A stretch of DNA of 64,000 bases from Ginglymostoma cirratum (taxonomy: Eukaryota): positions 11,650,896 to 11,714,895 of the forward strand of contig JAHRHZ010000079.1 of NCBI GenBank assembly GCA_024137785.1, read 5' to 3'. The number at the start of each line of letters is the position of its first letter. Within the stretch, counting starts at the first letter, position 1. The position numbers and the translations under genes were made by a program. This document shows, piece by piece, positions 63,463 through 64,000 of this stretch. The notes beneath the pieces are model-generated. The model ran no database searches. It was given only the letters and a program-made list of their open reading frames with translations, and was not told where the DNA came from.

Positions 63463-64000
63463 TAGAAAAATATGGGGGTAAGATCAAGAGTGGAAGTCTT
63501 GCAAGCAAAAGATTTGCTAAATACAGTTAGAGACAGACAGATGTTTAAGTATTAACATTGGAAACAAAGACCTGAAAACCTTGTCTTGACAAACAATTGG
63601 GGAAGAAATTGGAGATAAAATAAAGGAATATTCAATATGTGGATTGCATTGAGATTTGGGCTGAGTGAGATTTTTTAAAAACTAGCGAAGAAATAAGACA
63701 ATGCCCACTGCCACACTAAGGCTAGAATGATACTGAATGAACAAATAATGAACACAATTAGCCTGATATTTTGAAAATAAATTTGGGGGTATTGGACTTG
63801 ACTGTCTGAAGGCAGTGTTTCTCTCCTCCTCCTCTAAGAGCTTGCAATTCTTTCTGTTATTTACAAAATTATACAAGATGATTGTTTCTTTGCCTTCTCA
63901 TGTGGGACTTGTCACTTTTGTGCAAGCTGTCAAAGGCTCTGGATTGACCCTTAAATCTCTGGAGCCCAACCTTTTTAATAGATGGACTCTCAGCATTCTC

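Overview
AT-rich vertebrate genomic DNA whose repeat content (CR1, L2, RTE LINEs, Penelope-like elements, tRNA-derived SINEs, Tigger-type MITE, Gmr1-like Gypsy remnants) looks like a cartilaginous fish (shark). I found no host protein-coding gene that I can support. The ORFs I could assign are decayed retrotransposon fragments and the rest look spurious, so this is probably intron or gene desert. Highlights: (1) Two ~76-95 bp inserts split old LINE fragments, and each is an ungapped, diverged copy of unique sequence nearby: one direct (1649 bp away, 61/83 identical) and one inverted (~0.5 kb away, 64/76 identical). Their differences are unusually rich in A<->T and C<->G changes. A possible third, orphan insert lies at ~16531-16637. 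(2) About ten Penelope-like termini carry minimal hammerhead-ribozyme motifs, three with intact cores; some are fold-back mini-elements with 13-17 bp target-site duplications. (3) Fossil hAT and Gypsy remnants, nested insertions, a consensus CTCF site and repeat-free enhancer-like blocks. Repeat families were assigned by eye from recalled motifs, and most boundaries are approximate.
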